Part shown: positions 16,217 through 25,650 of the stretch, piece by piece
Layout: each line of letters opens with the position of its first letter
How positions within the stretch are numbered: position 1 is the stretch's first letter
Assembly (NCBI GenBank): GCA_903834855.1
Contig: CAILKS010000022.1
Location: 1-43,007, forward strand
DNA from: an uncultured bacterium
GTDB lineage: Bacteria > Patescibacteriota > Minisyncoccia > Phycocordibacterales > UBA5272
Direction of reading: 5' to 3'
DNA length: 43,007 nucleotides
Made by a program: the position numbers and the translations under genes
Notes under the pieces: model-generated
What the model was told of the DNA's origin: nothing
Seen by the model: only the letters and a program-made list of their open reading frames with translations
Databases searched by the model: none

Positions 16217-16747
16217 CTACTTGCCTACTTTCAAAAGTTCTACTTCAAAAATCAAATCTGAATTAGCTGGAATAGCTCCATTACCCATATCCTGCGCTCC
16301 ATATCCAAGAGCTGCTGGTATCGCCAAAATTCTCTTACCACCAACTTTCATACCCTCGACACCCATATCCCATCCTTTTATAACCTGACCACCACCTAAA
16401 GTAAATGTAAATCCTGTATCACCATGATTCTTAGATGCATCAAAGATTTTACCATTTGTTAAAGCTCCAACATATTGAACAGTAACACTATCTCCTTTTT
16501 TAGCTACAGCACCAGTACCCACTACTTCATCTTTTAATTGAAGATCTGTTAATGGTGCTATTGGTGTTGATGTTGCCACGGTTGTTGTTGAATTATTTGT
16601 TGTAACTGATTCTTCCTTTACCTCAGCAGTAACTTCTGTGTTAGTTTCTGCTACTTCAGGTTTATCCTGTTTAGTCATTTGTGTAAATAACATGCCTAAA
16701 GCCACTAATACAACCACGACAATAATTCCTATATTTGTTGATTTCAT
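16217..16747 (-). CDS. FKBP-type peptidyl-prolyl cis-trans isomerase, membrane-anchored
   Basis: GDSVTVQYVGALTNGKIFDAS ... FTLGGGQVIKGWDMGVEGMKVGGKR ... LIFEVELLKV, plus an N-terminal TM helix. Confidence 0.85.
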   Translation of the reverse strand: MKSTNIGIIVVVVLVALGMLFTQMTKQDKPEVAETNTEVTAEVKEESVTTNNSTTTVATSTPIAPLTDLQLKDEVVGTGAVAKKGDSVTVQYVGALTNGKIFDASKNHGDTGFTFTLGGGQVIKGWDMGVEGMKVGGKRILAIPAALGYGAQDMGNGAIPANSDLIFEVELLKVGK

Positions 16748-16860
16748 ATTTTATTAATTTTTAATTTCTAATTTTATTTTATTTTAACACGGACAACTAT
16801 CTTGTTCAAAGAAACTTTATTTATTTTCTATCATATTATTTTAATTTTTAAGCTTTCAGT

Positions 16861-16965
16861 TTTGGATGAATTTCGAGGCGTCGAGTGTGCAAGCATGGAA
16901 ACGTACTATGGCGTACGTTGAGATGCGAGCACACGATGACAACAAAGAAATTCGCCAAAAATGGA
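16861..16965. repeat. Family-B palindromic element B1 (~105 bp), centre ACGTAC-tatggc-GTACGT, ends TTTGGATGAATTTC / GAAATTCGCCAAA
   Basis: The two arms were compared by eye. Confidence 0.65.
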
Positions 16966-16978
16966 AGCTATATTATTT

Positions 16979-17095
16979 TCTAAAGAAATTGGATGCAGTA
17001 CGAGGAGCCCAGGAATTTTTCGAGGAGACGTACTAACGTGTACGTTGACGAGAAAAATTACGTAGCGACAAAGTAATGCGCCAATTTCTTTAGAA
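16979..17095. repeat. Family-B palindromic element B2 (117 bp) with perfect 15-bp terminal inverted repeats (TTCTAAAGAAATTGG / CCAATTTCTTTAGAA) and centre GAGGAGACGTAC-taacgt-GTACGTTGACGAG
   Basis: Direct reading. It abuts the nrdB stop codon at 17098. Confidence 0.75.
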
Positions 17096-17097
17096 AA

Positions 17098-18132
17098 CTA
17101 CCAAGAGAGGGTACCGCCAGTCTTATACTCAGTAACCCTAGTCTCAAAGAAATTCTTCTCCTTCGACAAGTCTATAGCCTCACTCATCCATGGGAATGGA
17201 TTCTCTGACCCATAAACTGCCGGCAATCCTACTGCATTTAATCTTCTATCTGCAATATGTTCAGTATATTTTCTAAACCCTTCTGCATTCATACCAAAAA
17301 TACCTTTAGGGAAAACTGTAATAGCAAATTCATATTCTAATTCAACAGCTCTCTTCATTAAATTAGTTATACGCTCTTGAAATTCTGCTGTCCATAATTC
17401 TGGCTGTTCTTCTTTTATTGTGTTTATCATAAACACACCAAAGTTTAAATGGTTAGACTCATCACGCATAATATATTGTATCTGCTCAGCACTCGCAGTC
17501 ATTTTATTTTGTCTTTGAAGACCAAACATTACAGCAAATGATGAATAGAAGAATAATCCTTCCATTATAAGAGAGAATACACACATATTTTCAAGGAACT
17601 TTTGATCATTCTCAAATGTTCCTGTGTGAAAATTATCATCAAAAATACCTTCATTAAGCGAAAGAACTAAATTATCTTTGTTATAAATAGCAGCCTTCTC
17701 ACGATACATGTTGAATATTTTTCCCTGATCAAGACCAAGGGACTCCACAATATATTGATATGAATGCGTGTGTATCGCCTCTTCATATCCCTGACGAAGA
17801 AGATACATTCTCACCTCTGGTGATGTGATGTGCTTATAGAATGCGAGCACAACATTATTAGCAGCTAATGAATCAGCGGTAGAGAAGAATCCTAACACTG
17901 TTTCAAAAGCATCTCTTTCATCTTGCGTTAAAACATCTTTTGCCTTCCATTGCTCTATATCTCTCTGCATAGAGATTTCTGTTGGCAACCAATGATTTGC
18001 ATTTGCTGCCAAGTAAGTATCCCAAGCATAAGTATGCTTCATAGGATACAACTGCATAACATCAGCGTCTTTCCCGTTTATTATTTTTCTTTGATTTATG
18101 TCCACTTTTTCTGTGGTCGGTGTTATTGGCAT
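17098..18132 (-). CDS. nrdB: Class Ia ribonucleotide reductase beta subunit (R2)
   Basis: Ferritin-like di-iron motifs (EEAIHTHSY, MRDESNHL), W..TEI...D...W at the N-terminus, and a 344-aa length. Confidence 0.9.
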   Translation of the reverse strand: MPITPTTEKVDINQRKIINGKDADVMQLYPMKHTYAWDTYLAANANHWLPTEISMQRDIEQWKAKDVLTQDERDAFETVLGFFSTADSLAANNVVLAFYKHITSPEVRMYLLRQGYEEAIHTHSYQYIVESLGLDQGKIFNMYREKAAIYNKDNLVLSLNEGIFDDNFHTGTFENDQKFLENMCVFSLIMEGLFFYSSFAVMFGLQRQNKMTASAEQIQYIMRDESNHLNFGVFMINTIKEEQPELWTAEFQERITNLMKRAVELEYEFAITVFPKGIFGMNAEGFRKYTEHIADRRLNAVGLPAVYGSENPFPWMSEAIDLSKEKNFFETRVTEYKTGGTLSW

Positions 18133-18140
18133 GGTGTTTA

Positions 18141-18262
18141 ATAGTTAATGGTTAATAAGTTAATAGTTACTGGTTACTGGTTACTGGTTACTGGGGGGAA
18201 GTTTACTTTATAAATCTTTTTGAATTAAAACTATAAACCATTAACTAGTAACTACAAACTAT
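18141..18262. repeat. Heptad tracts in the nrdA-nrdB spacer, including a perfect (TTACTGG)x4 at 18167-18194 and an inverted partner at 18236-18262
   Basis: Direct reading. Confidence 0.7.
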
Positions 18263-21163
18263 CTAAGCTGAACAACTCTCACATTCTTCTTCTTGTATTG
18301 ACCTGTAAATTGTATATTTAGGTTTTTCAATTGTAACATTTTCTACTAATTCTGAAACAACCATACTTGGTATACTGCTAACTTCAACTACAGACGTTGC
18401 TGGTATTTCATTTATTTGATTTTGTGGTGTTAATATTGAAGCTTTTCCATCTCTTAAATGAGTAGAACCGAATTCAGAAGTGTTTACTGTAGATTTTTCC
18501 ACCTGTGAAGCACCTAGTGATCTAAGATAATAAGTTGTTTTTAATCCAAGATCATAAGCCAACATATAAATATCAGACAAATCCTTTCCAGAAGTTCCTT
18601 TGAAAAATACATTAATTGACTGTGCTTGATCTATCCACTTACCTCGTCTTGCTGCTGCTAAAATAAGCCACTTTTGATCTATATCAAATACTTCCTTATG
18701 TTTATTTTTAATCCCCTGTGGAATTTCACTTATACTCTGTACTGAACCATCATAGAATTTTATTTTGTTAACCATATCACGATTCCAAAGATTCATTTTC
18801 TTCAAATCTTCGACAAGATATTTATTAACTACAACGAATTCTCCTTCTTTATTACTTTTTACATAAATATTTTTATAAATTGGTTCTACAGTTGGTATAC
18901 AACCTACTAGATTTGCAGTAGAAGCAGTAGGCGCAATAGCCATAGTATTTGAATTTCTCATTCCGAACTCCTTAATATGATTTCTAACTGGTGTCCAGTC
19001 TAATTTACCACTCTTTGGAATATCAATTGTTGTATCTCTTTCTTGTTCAAGCAATGCAATTGTATCTTGTGGTAATATTCCCCTACTCCATTTAGATCCT
19101 TCATATGATTGATATTTTCCTTTTTCTCTAGCAAGCTCACTAGAAGAAAGTATCGTGTAATAAGAAAGCATTTCCATAGATTCATCAGCAAACTCCACTG
19201 CTTCATTTGAATCAAACAAAATACCCATACCGTATAGTGCATCATGATAACCACGAATACCGAGTCCAATTGGGCGATGCTTCATATTTGAAGCTCTACT
19301 GTCATCTGTAGGGTAATAATTTATATCTATAGTATTGTCTATCATTCGAACAGAAAATCTAACAACCTTTTGTAATAACTCTCTATCAATTGTTTTATCT
19401 GCTTTAATAAACTTTACCAAATTAATAGAACCTAAATTACAAACAGCTGTTTCATTGGGGCCAGTGTTCAACATAATCTCTGTACAAAGATTAGATGAGT
19501 GTATGACGCCAGCATGATCTTGCGGTGAACGAATATTTGATGGATCCTTAAAACAAATCCAAGGGTGACCTGTTTCAAATAACATACCAATCATTTTCTT
19601 CCAAAGATCTTTTGCTTTAATTACTTTAAATAATTTAATTTTTCCCTCGGCAGCCATCTTTTCATATTCTTCATAGCGAGCATTAAATTTCTTACCATAG
19701 ATGTCCGGTAGGTCAGGTGTCTCATCCGGTGAGAACAGTGTCCAATCTTTATCAGCTTTAACTCTTTCCATAAATAGGTCTGGAATCCAGTTTGCTGTAT
19801 TTAAGTCGTGAGTTCTGCGTCTTTCATCACCTGTATTTTTACGAAGTTCCAAAAAGTCCTCAATGTCCACATGCCATGTCTCCAAATAAACAACAGATGC
19901 CGCACGTCTTTTGCCGCTTCTCATAACGCAGACATTTATATCATTAGCAATTTTCAAATAAGGAACTACACCTTGAGAAGTTATATCTATTGATTTAACC
20001 GATGCCCCTGTACCACGAACCTTTGACCAACTTGTACCTACTCCTCCTGACCATTTCAAAAGTTGAGCATTATCAGAATACATTCTAAATATTTCACGAA
20101 GATCATCCGGTACCATATTCAAGAAACAATTAGATAATTGAGCCTTTATTGTACCTGACTGGAATAGAGTTCTACCGCCTGGTGTATAGTAGAATTCAGA
20201 CAAAATATCATAGAAATTCTTTGTAATTTCATCTCTTTTACTTTTTTCTTCAACCAAAGCAGCCCCCATAGCTATACGCATCCAAAACATTTGTGGAGAC
20301 TCTAATGGTAACTTTGTCTCACTATCTTCTATCAAATATCTTGAAGATAAAATTTCAAGACCCATATACTCAAAATTATAATCTCTTTCTAAGACCAAAG
20401 AATCCGTCAACTTTTCTAAATCAAAATCAAGCATTCTAGCATCAAACTTTTTCATCTCAACCATCTTCTTTATATATGATGGATAAAACTTTTTCATCTC
20501 AGCTTTTATATTTCCAAAATCAACATTGTTTCCAAAAACTTGTTTATATAATTTTGATAGTAAAAGTCTTGATGCAACTTTTGAGTAAACAGGGTCAAGT
20601 TCTATCATTGATCTTATATTCATAATCAAAATTTTTCTGACATCGTTGGTAGACATGTTTTCAAATATGTCTAACTTAACCTGATTGAGAACAATATCTG
20701 TTTCAAATAATTTTCTCTCTTCTTCGGAAATGGTAGCAAGGGCAAACATCAAACTCTTTTTTACTTTTTCAAAATTAAATCTCTCCATTCTTCCATCACT
20801 CTTCTTTATCATAAGACCCCCTTCTTCTATTTTTTCTACAATCTCTTGCTTCTTTTCTTCACGCATTTTCTGATGTTCGAAACGATAAATAATATAATGT
20901 TTTGCAACATCAAAAAATCCAGCACCCATAATATGCTTCTCTACAATATCTTGTAAATGCTCAACAGAAGGAAAATATTCCTCTCGTGTTAAAAATTCTA
21001 ATTCAATTTCTTTAACTACAAGTTCTGTAATACGTTTACAAATTTCTGCCTTCTCATCTCTTGTAACACTCACAAAAGCTTTCTTTAAAGCACTCTCTAT
21101 CTTACTTTGCTCAAAGGAAACTATCTCACCATTTCTCTTCTTAACCGTTTGTAAAATAGACAT
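18263..21163 (-). CDS. nrdA: Class Ia ribonucleotide reductase alpha subunit with two N-terminal ATP-cone-like segments and a C-terminal CESC pair
   Basis: VKKRNGEIVSFEQSKI and IKKSDGRMERFNFEKV (ATP-cones), the NLCTEI active-site region, and a C-terminal ...EECESCSA. Confidence 0.95.
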   Translation of the reverse strand: MSILQTVKKRNGEIVSFEQSKIESALKKAFVSVTRDEKAEICKRITELVVKEIELEFLTREEYFPSVEHLQDIVEKHIMGAGFFDVAKHYIIYRFEHQKMREEKKQEIVEKIEEGGLMIKKSDGRMERFNFEKVKKSLMFALATISEEERKLFETDIVLNQVKLDIFENMSTNDVRKILIMNIRSMIELDPVYSKVASRLLLSKLYKQVFGNNVDFGNIKAEMKKFYPSYIKKMVEMKKFDARMLDFDLEKLTDSLVLERDYNFEYMGLEILSSRYLIEDSETKLPLESPQMFWMRIAMGAALVEEKSKRDEITKNFYDILSEFYYTPGGRTLFQSGTIKAQLSNCFLNMVPDDLREIFRMYSDNAQLLKWSGGVGTSWSKVRGTGASVKSIDITSQGVVPYLKIANDINVCVMRSGKRRAASVVYLETWHVDIEDFLELRKNTGDERRRTHDLNTANWIPDLFMERVKADKDWTLFSPDETPDLPDIYGKKFNARYEEYEKMAAEGKIKLFKVIKAKDLWKKMIGMLFETGHPWICFKDPSNIRSPQDHAGVIHSSNLCTEIMLNTGPNETAVCNLGSINLVKFIKADKTIDRELLQKVVRFSVRMIDNTIDINYYPTDDSRASNMKHRPIGLGIRGYHDALYGMGILFDSNEAVEFADESMEMLSYYTILSSSELAREKGKYQSYEGSKWSRGILPQDTIALLEQERDTTIDIPKSGKLDWTPVRNHIKEFGMRNSNTMAIAPTASTANLVGCIPTVEPIYKNIYVKSNKEGEFVVVNKYLVEDLKKMNLWNRDMVNKIKFYDGSVQSISEIPQGIKNKHKEVFDIDQKWLILAAARRGKWIDQAQSINVFFKGTSGKDLSDIYMLAYDLGLKTTYYLRSLGASQVEKSTVNTSEFGSTHLRDGKASILTPQNQINEIPATSVVEVSSIPSMVVSELVENVTIEKPKYTIYRSIQEEECESCSA

Positions 21164-21284
21164 ACACGTTTCATTTTCATTACATTTTTAATATATTCAG
21201 TATATATAAAATGACTCCAAAAGGCACTTTTCATGCCATTTTTTAGTGTCAAGAGTTACCCTTGACATAGTGTAAATATTTGGT

Positions 21285-22499
21285 TTAGATACGCTTATCT
21301 CGTAAGCTTTTGTGGTAACCAATAGCAAATCTATGTGCCTCCCCATTACCCAAAAATATTTCCTTTGTATGGTAATCCACATATTCTTTCCTACCTAAGA
21401 CCTCTTTTGGCTTGTGACGATCATCCTTAACCACAGATACACAAGGTATAGAAATACCCAATATCGCTAATGTTTTTTCTGCAGTTTGTTTATGAGCAAC
21501 ACCACCATCGATAACAATTAAATCAGGGAAGCGCCATTCTTTATGAGAAAATCTTCTTGTTAAAATTTCTCGTAGACCTGCATAATCATCATTTATGTTT
21601 TCAGGTAATTTAAATTTTCTATATTCATCTGTTACTTTTTCTTTTCCTTCAATAACTGTCATAACACCTACGCGAGAGGTTCCAGAAATGTGTGCAACAT
21701 CATAACTCTCAATACGAAAATTATTATCTTTAAATGAAGTTACATTATCATCTTTAATTAAATTAACATCTTTAATATGATCAATCGCAAAAAGTGTATT
21801 ACGCACCTTAGCAGCTTTTTCAAATAAATGTTTCTTTGCATAATCATTCATTTCTTTTTCTAAAGATTTCTTTATGTCTGTTTTTTTACCTTCAAAGAAT
21901 TTTCTAATATTAGAGATATTCTTTTTATATTCTGTTTCAGATATCAAACCCACACACACCCCAGGACAAAGTTTTATTTGAGCATTAAAACACATTTTAT
22001 TTTGATTAAGCTCACACTTATCACGATATGGAAACATTTTACGAATTATTTTCATCGCCTCTTTTAATTGTGTAAGAGAAGCAAATGGCCCGTAAACAGC
22101 GAGCGTTTCTTTTTTTGTAAATCGTTTTTCAAAATCGCGAATTCTAAGAGTTAAAACTCTTGGAAACTTTTCTTTAGTTATAACTACACAAGTAAAACTT
22201 TTATCATCTTTTTCTTTTGTGTTATATGTTGGGTTATTATCTTTAATCAATTTACTCTCAAGTAACAAAGCCTCAAGCACACTATCTGTTTCTTGGAAGG
22301 TCACATGGTGAGCGGCCGCAATCATTCCAACTAATCTTACTCCTCTTGTTTTTATTAAGTCATTAGAAAAGTAACTCTTCACTCTGTCAGATAGCGAAGT
22401 AGCTTTTCCTATATAAAGAATGTTATTTTCACTATCTCTAAAGAAATAAACCCCTGGATTATCAGGAAGTTTGGCTGTGGATAGCTCTTGCTTTTTCAT
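21285..22499 (-). CDS. uvrC: Excinuclease ABC subunit C, short form (404 aa, no C-terminal HhH2 domain)
   Basis: GIY-YIG (PGVYFFRDSENNILYIGKATSLSDRVKSYF), a UVR-like helix pair (...KEMNDYAKKHLFEKAAKVRN), and an RNase H-like domain (IESYDVAHISG ... IVIDGG). Confidence 0.85.
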   Translation of the reverse strand: MKKQELSTAKLPDNPGVYFFRDSENNILYIGKATSLSDRVKSYFSNDLIKTRGVRLVGMIAAAHHVTFQETDSVLEALLLESKLIKDNNPTYNTKEKDDKSFTCVVITKEKFPRVLTLRIRDFEKRFTKKETLAVYGPFASLTQLKEAMKIIRKMFPYRDKCELNQNKMCFNAQIKLCPGVCVGLISETEYKKNISNIRKFFEGKKTDIKKSLEKEMNDYAKKHLFEKAAKVRNTLFAIDHIKDVNLIKDDNVTSFKDNNFRIESYDVAHISGTSRVGVMTVIEGKEKVTDEYRKFKLPENINDDYAGLREILTRRFSHKEWRFPDLIVIDGGVAHKQTAEKTLAILGISIPCVSVVKDDRHKPKEVLGRKEYVDYHTKEIFLGNGEAHRFAIGYHKSLRDKRI

Positions 22500-22559
22500 G
22501 AGATATATTGTATAATAAAATGTCGCTTAATTCAACCAACACTTAAAAAATGAAGAATT

Positions 22560-22917
22560 GGAAGGGTTTTACGACACGGGCCTTTTATATCTTTTAGGAA
22601 AATAGGTTCCTGAAAGCCCTATAAAGGGATAACAGTACAAAAACGAGGTAGAGAAAAAATGGTTAACAACCAAGAAAATGGGCAGCAAAGCCCACAAAAA
22701 ACCGGCACCGACGAGTGCCAAACGGCTGAGACGATCAAAGTGGAAGTTCGCACTCCGGTGCAGAATTGCCCATCGGCTCGACCTTCGATGGCTGGAAATT
22801 ACCAGCCAAAGGGCTACCGCCTTATGGGCGATGGCCGACAATGGTAGGTGGTCAGCGGCGTAAGCCAATTTGACCAAAGGGCATCCTCACAGGTGCCCTT
22901 TTGTATTTCTTTTTTTC
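22560..22917 (+). ncRNA. GC-rich, hairpin-dense orphan locus with its own intrinsic terminator; an unassigned structured RNA, or alternatively a 62-codon ORF at 22659..22847
   Basis: GC is clearly above its flanks, so spurious ORFs are open on both strands. It contains many short perfect hairpins: GGTT-aaca-AACC, GGGC-agcaaa-GCCC, GGCAC-cgacga-GTGCC, GCAC-tccg-GTGC, CCATCG-n10-CGATGG, CTGG-aaatta-CCAG, GGCTACCGCC-ttatg-GGCGATGGCC. The terminator AAAGGGCA-n10-TGCCCTTT plus a T-run lies at 22876-22917. Confidence 0.45.
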
Positions 22918-22965
22918 TAATTAAAACGTAAAAAGTAGTCTTAACTGCAAGATACATCCAATGTC

Positions 22966-23006
22966 TGTATTTTTTGAAAATTGATAATTGATAATTGATA
23001 ATTAAT
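22966..23006 (+). repeat. Family-A heptad tract (CTGTATTTTTTGAAAATTGATAATTGATAATTGATAATTAA)
   Basis: Direct reading. It lies just beyond the uvrA stop. Confidence 0.8.
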
Positions 23007-23025
23007 TTAGTGTCCACTTTCAACT

Positions 23026-25650
23026 TTATAAACTCGCTTTTTTACGTTTGAGAACTTTCTTCAAATATTGTCCAGTATAACTATTAGTATTTGACGCCAC
23101 CTGCTCTGGATTTCCAGTTGCTACAATTTTCCCACCCCCTACTCCACCTTCAGGTCCAATATCAATAACATGATCTGCTGATTTTACAATATCCAAATTG
23201 TGTTCAATCAAAACTACTGTATTTCCCTTATCGACTAATCTATTTAATATTTCTAATAATTTAACTATATCTTCATAGTGGAGTCCAATTGATGGCTCAT
23301 CTAAAAGATAAATTGTTTTCTCAACATGGGGACGATAAAGCTCTGAAGAAATTTTTACACGTTGTGCTTCCCCTCCTGAAAGGGTCGTTGCTGACTGTCC
23401 AAGTTCTAAATATCCCAAACCTACATCTGACAAAGTTTTTACTCTGTCATAAATTGCTGGGATTTCATAAAAGAAAGTTAAAGCTTCTTCAACTGTCATA
23501 CAAAGTACATCATAAATACTTTTTCCTTTCCATTTGACTTCAAGTGTCTCTTTCATAAATCTTTTACCTAAACAAACATCACATTCAACATACACAGTTG
23601 GAAGAAAGTGCATCTCAACAGCAATCTCACCATTACCCTGACAAACTTCACAACGTCCGCCTTTAACATTAAATGAAAATCTTGATGGCTTCCAGCCACG
23701 GATTCTCGCCTCTTCACTTTCTGCAAACAGATCTCTAATATGAGTCCATGCACCAGTATAAGTGGCTGGATTACTTCTTGGTGTACGACCAATAGCCCCC
23801 TGATCAATTAATACAACGCGAGACAAATATTCCGTACCAGAAAATGATTCACAATTATAAATTTTTGCAGAACGATTACGGCGCTCCAATCTTGCAAGTA
23901 AATTCTTATATAAAATCTCATACATCAAAGAACTTTTACCAGAACCAGATACTCCTGTGATGGCCGTCATGCGACCAAGTGGAACATTCACATTCATATT
24001 TTTAATATTAAAAATATTACCACCAGTTATTCGTAGTGTCCCTTTATCGTGATCACGACGAGCTGGTATTGGAATTTCTTTTTCACCACGAAGATACGCC
24101 AAAGTCACACTTCCGGACTTATTTCTTGGTGCAGTTAATAATTCTTCTAAATATCCAGCCACTACAACCTCTCCACCGTGAACTCCAGCCTTCGGACCGA
24201 TATCGACAATATAATCAGATGCAAAAATTGTATCTTCATCATGTTCCACAATGATAATTGTATTTCCAATATCTTTTAAGTGAGTAAGAGTTTTTATGAG
24301 TCTTTCATTATCACGCTGATGTAGCCCGATAGTCGGCTCATCAAGCACATAAAGCGCTCCAACCAACTGTGATCCAAGTTGTGAAGCTAATCGTATACGC
24401 TGAGCTTCTCCGCCTGAGAGCGTGTCAGCTTTTCTATTTAATGCTAAATAATTTAATCCGACATTTAACATAAATTTTAATCTGGATTCTATTTCTTTTA
24501 TTACGACAGCTGCAATCTCTTGTTCTTTTTTAGAAAGTGGGAGTCTTTCAAAATAAGTTAATGCATCTTGTATTGAAAGTGCAGTTATATCTACTATATT
24601 TATTTTTTCTACATCATCTAAAAAGACATTTAATGCCTCTGGTCTTAAACGTTTACCAAAACATACATCACACTCATCTAATCCACCAAAATATTTTGTA
24701 CCCAAACCATTACAAGATGGGCACGCACCGTATGGAGAGTTGAAAGAAAATAAACGAGGTTCAATTTCTGGAAATGAAAATCCACAATTAGCACAAGAAA
24801 ACTTATTACTCATGATTGTTTTATCACCAAGTATTTCTACTTCGAGTAACCCATTTGATTCGTGTAATGCCCTTTCAATAGCTTCAGACAATCTTATCAT
24901 TGCATCTTTTTCTGTATGTTTATTTCTAAAATCGTCCAGTGCGATAGAATCAACAACTATAGATATTTCATGCTTCTTAGTTTTAGAAAGTACTATTTGT
25001 TCACGAAGTGAATAACGTTTACCATCAACAACAGCTTCCGTATAACCCTTTCCGAGCATGTCATAAAGCATTTGATAATGTTCCCCTTTTCTGCCGCGGA
25101 CCAAAGGTGAAAGGATATGAAGTTCTGCATGAGAAAATTCGACACCAAGAATTTCTTTTTTATTCTTCTTATCATCAGCCTTTTTTACTTTATCTAAAAT
25201 AAAATGCATTATTTCCTCATTTGAAAGTTTCTGAATTTTTGAACCACACTCTACACAATATGGTTTACCAACACGTGCATAGAGAACACGCAGATAATCA
25301 TAAATTTCTGTAATAGTAGCAACTGTCGAACGAGGGTTACGGCCAGCTGATTTCTGGTCAATAGAAATAGCGGGAGAAAGTCCTACAATCTCGTCAACGT
25401 CTGGCTTCTGTAATTGTGTTAAAAACTGTCTAGCATAGGCAGAGAGAGACTCAACATAACGACGTTGTCCTTCAGCAAAAATAGTATCAAAAGCAAGAGA
25501 TGACTTTCCAGAACCAGACAGGCCGGTAAATACGATCATCTTGTGACGAGGCATTTCTACTGTGATATTTTTTAGATTATGTGTTCTAGCACCTTTGACA
25601 ATAATCTTTTCAATATGATCTATTTTTTCTTCTGTTTTCTTTGTATTCAT
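23026..25650 (-). CDS. uvrA: Excinuclease ABC subunit A
   Basis: Two ABC ATPase modules (GLSGSGKSSLAFDT, GVSGSGKSSLMYE, LSGGEAQR twice) and several CxxC zinc modules. Confidence 0.95.
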   Translation of the reverse strand: MNTKKTEEKIDHIEKIIVKGARTHNLKNITVEMPRHKMIVFTGLSGSGKSSLAFDTIFAEGQRRYVESLSAYARQFLTQLQKPDVDEIVGLSPAISIDQKSAGRNPRSTVATITEIYDYLRVLYARVGKPYCVECGSKIQKLSNEEIMHFILDKVKKADDKKNKKEILGVEFSHAELHILSPLVRGRKGEHYQMLYDMLGKGYTEAVVDGKRYSLREQIVLSKTKKHEISIVVDSIALDDFRNKHTEKDAMIRLSEAIERALHESNGLLEVEILGDKTIMSNKFSCANCGFSFPEIEPRLFSFNSPYGACPSCNGLGTKYFGGLDECDVCFGKRLRPEALNVFLDDVEKINIVDITALSIQDALTYFERLPLSKKEQEIAAVVIKEIESRLKFMLNVGLNYLALNRKADTLSGGEAQRIRLASQLGSQLVGALYVLDEPTIGLHQRDNERLIKTLTHLKDIGNTIIIVEHDEDTIFASDYIVDIGPKAGVHGGEVVVAGYLEELLTAPRNKSGSVTLAYLRGEKEIPIPARRDHDKGTLRITGGNIFNIKNMNVNVPLGRMTAITGVSGSGKSSLMYEILYKNLLARLERRNRSAKIYNCESFSGTEYLSRVVLIDQGAIGRTPRSNPATYTGAWTHIRDLFAESEEARIRGWKPSRFSFNVKGGRCEVCQGNGEIAVEMHFLPTVYVECDVCLGKRFMKETLEVKWKGKSIYDVLCMTVEEALTFFYEIPAIYDRVKTLSDVGLGYLELGQSATTLSGGEAQRVKISSELYRPHVEKTIYLLDEPSIGLHYEDIVKLLEILNRLVDKGNTVVLIEHNLDIVKSADHVIDIGPEGGVGGGKIVATGNPEQVASNTNSYTGQYLKKVLKRKKASL

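Noticed and set aside
21197-21382. Track ORF of 61 aa overlapping the uvrC 3' end and the nrdA upstream region.
   Set aside because: It overlaps uvrC out of frame and covers a promoter/operator region. There is no supporting signal.
22560-22917. Assignment of the GC-rich structured locus to RNase P RNA, tmRNA (including a permuted two-piece form, prompted by a frame ending ...ADNGRWSAA-stop) or SRP RNA.
   Set aside because: The universal motifs are absent on both strands: GAGGAAAGUCC and ACAGAAnCCGGCUUA for RNase P, a GGUUCGAnUCC T-loop and CCA end for tmRNA, and GGAAGCAGC for SRP. Only short chance-level similarities were seen (CCGGUGCAGAA, GGCUUAC on the wrong strand or end).
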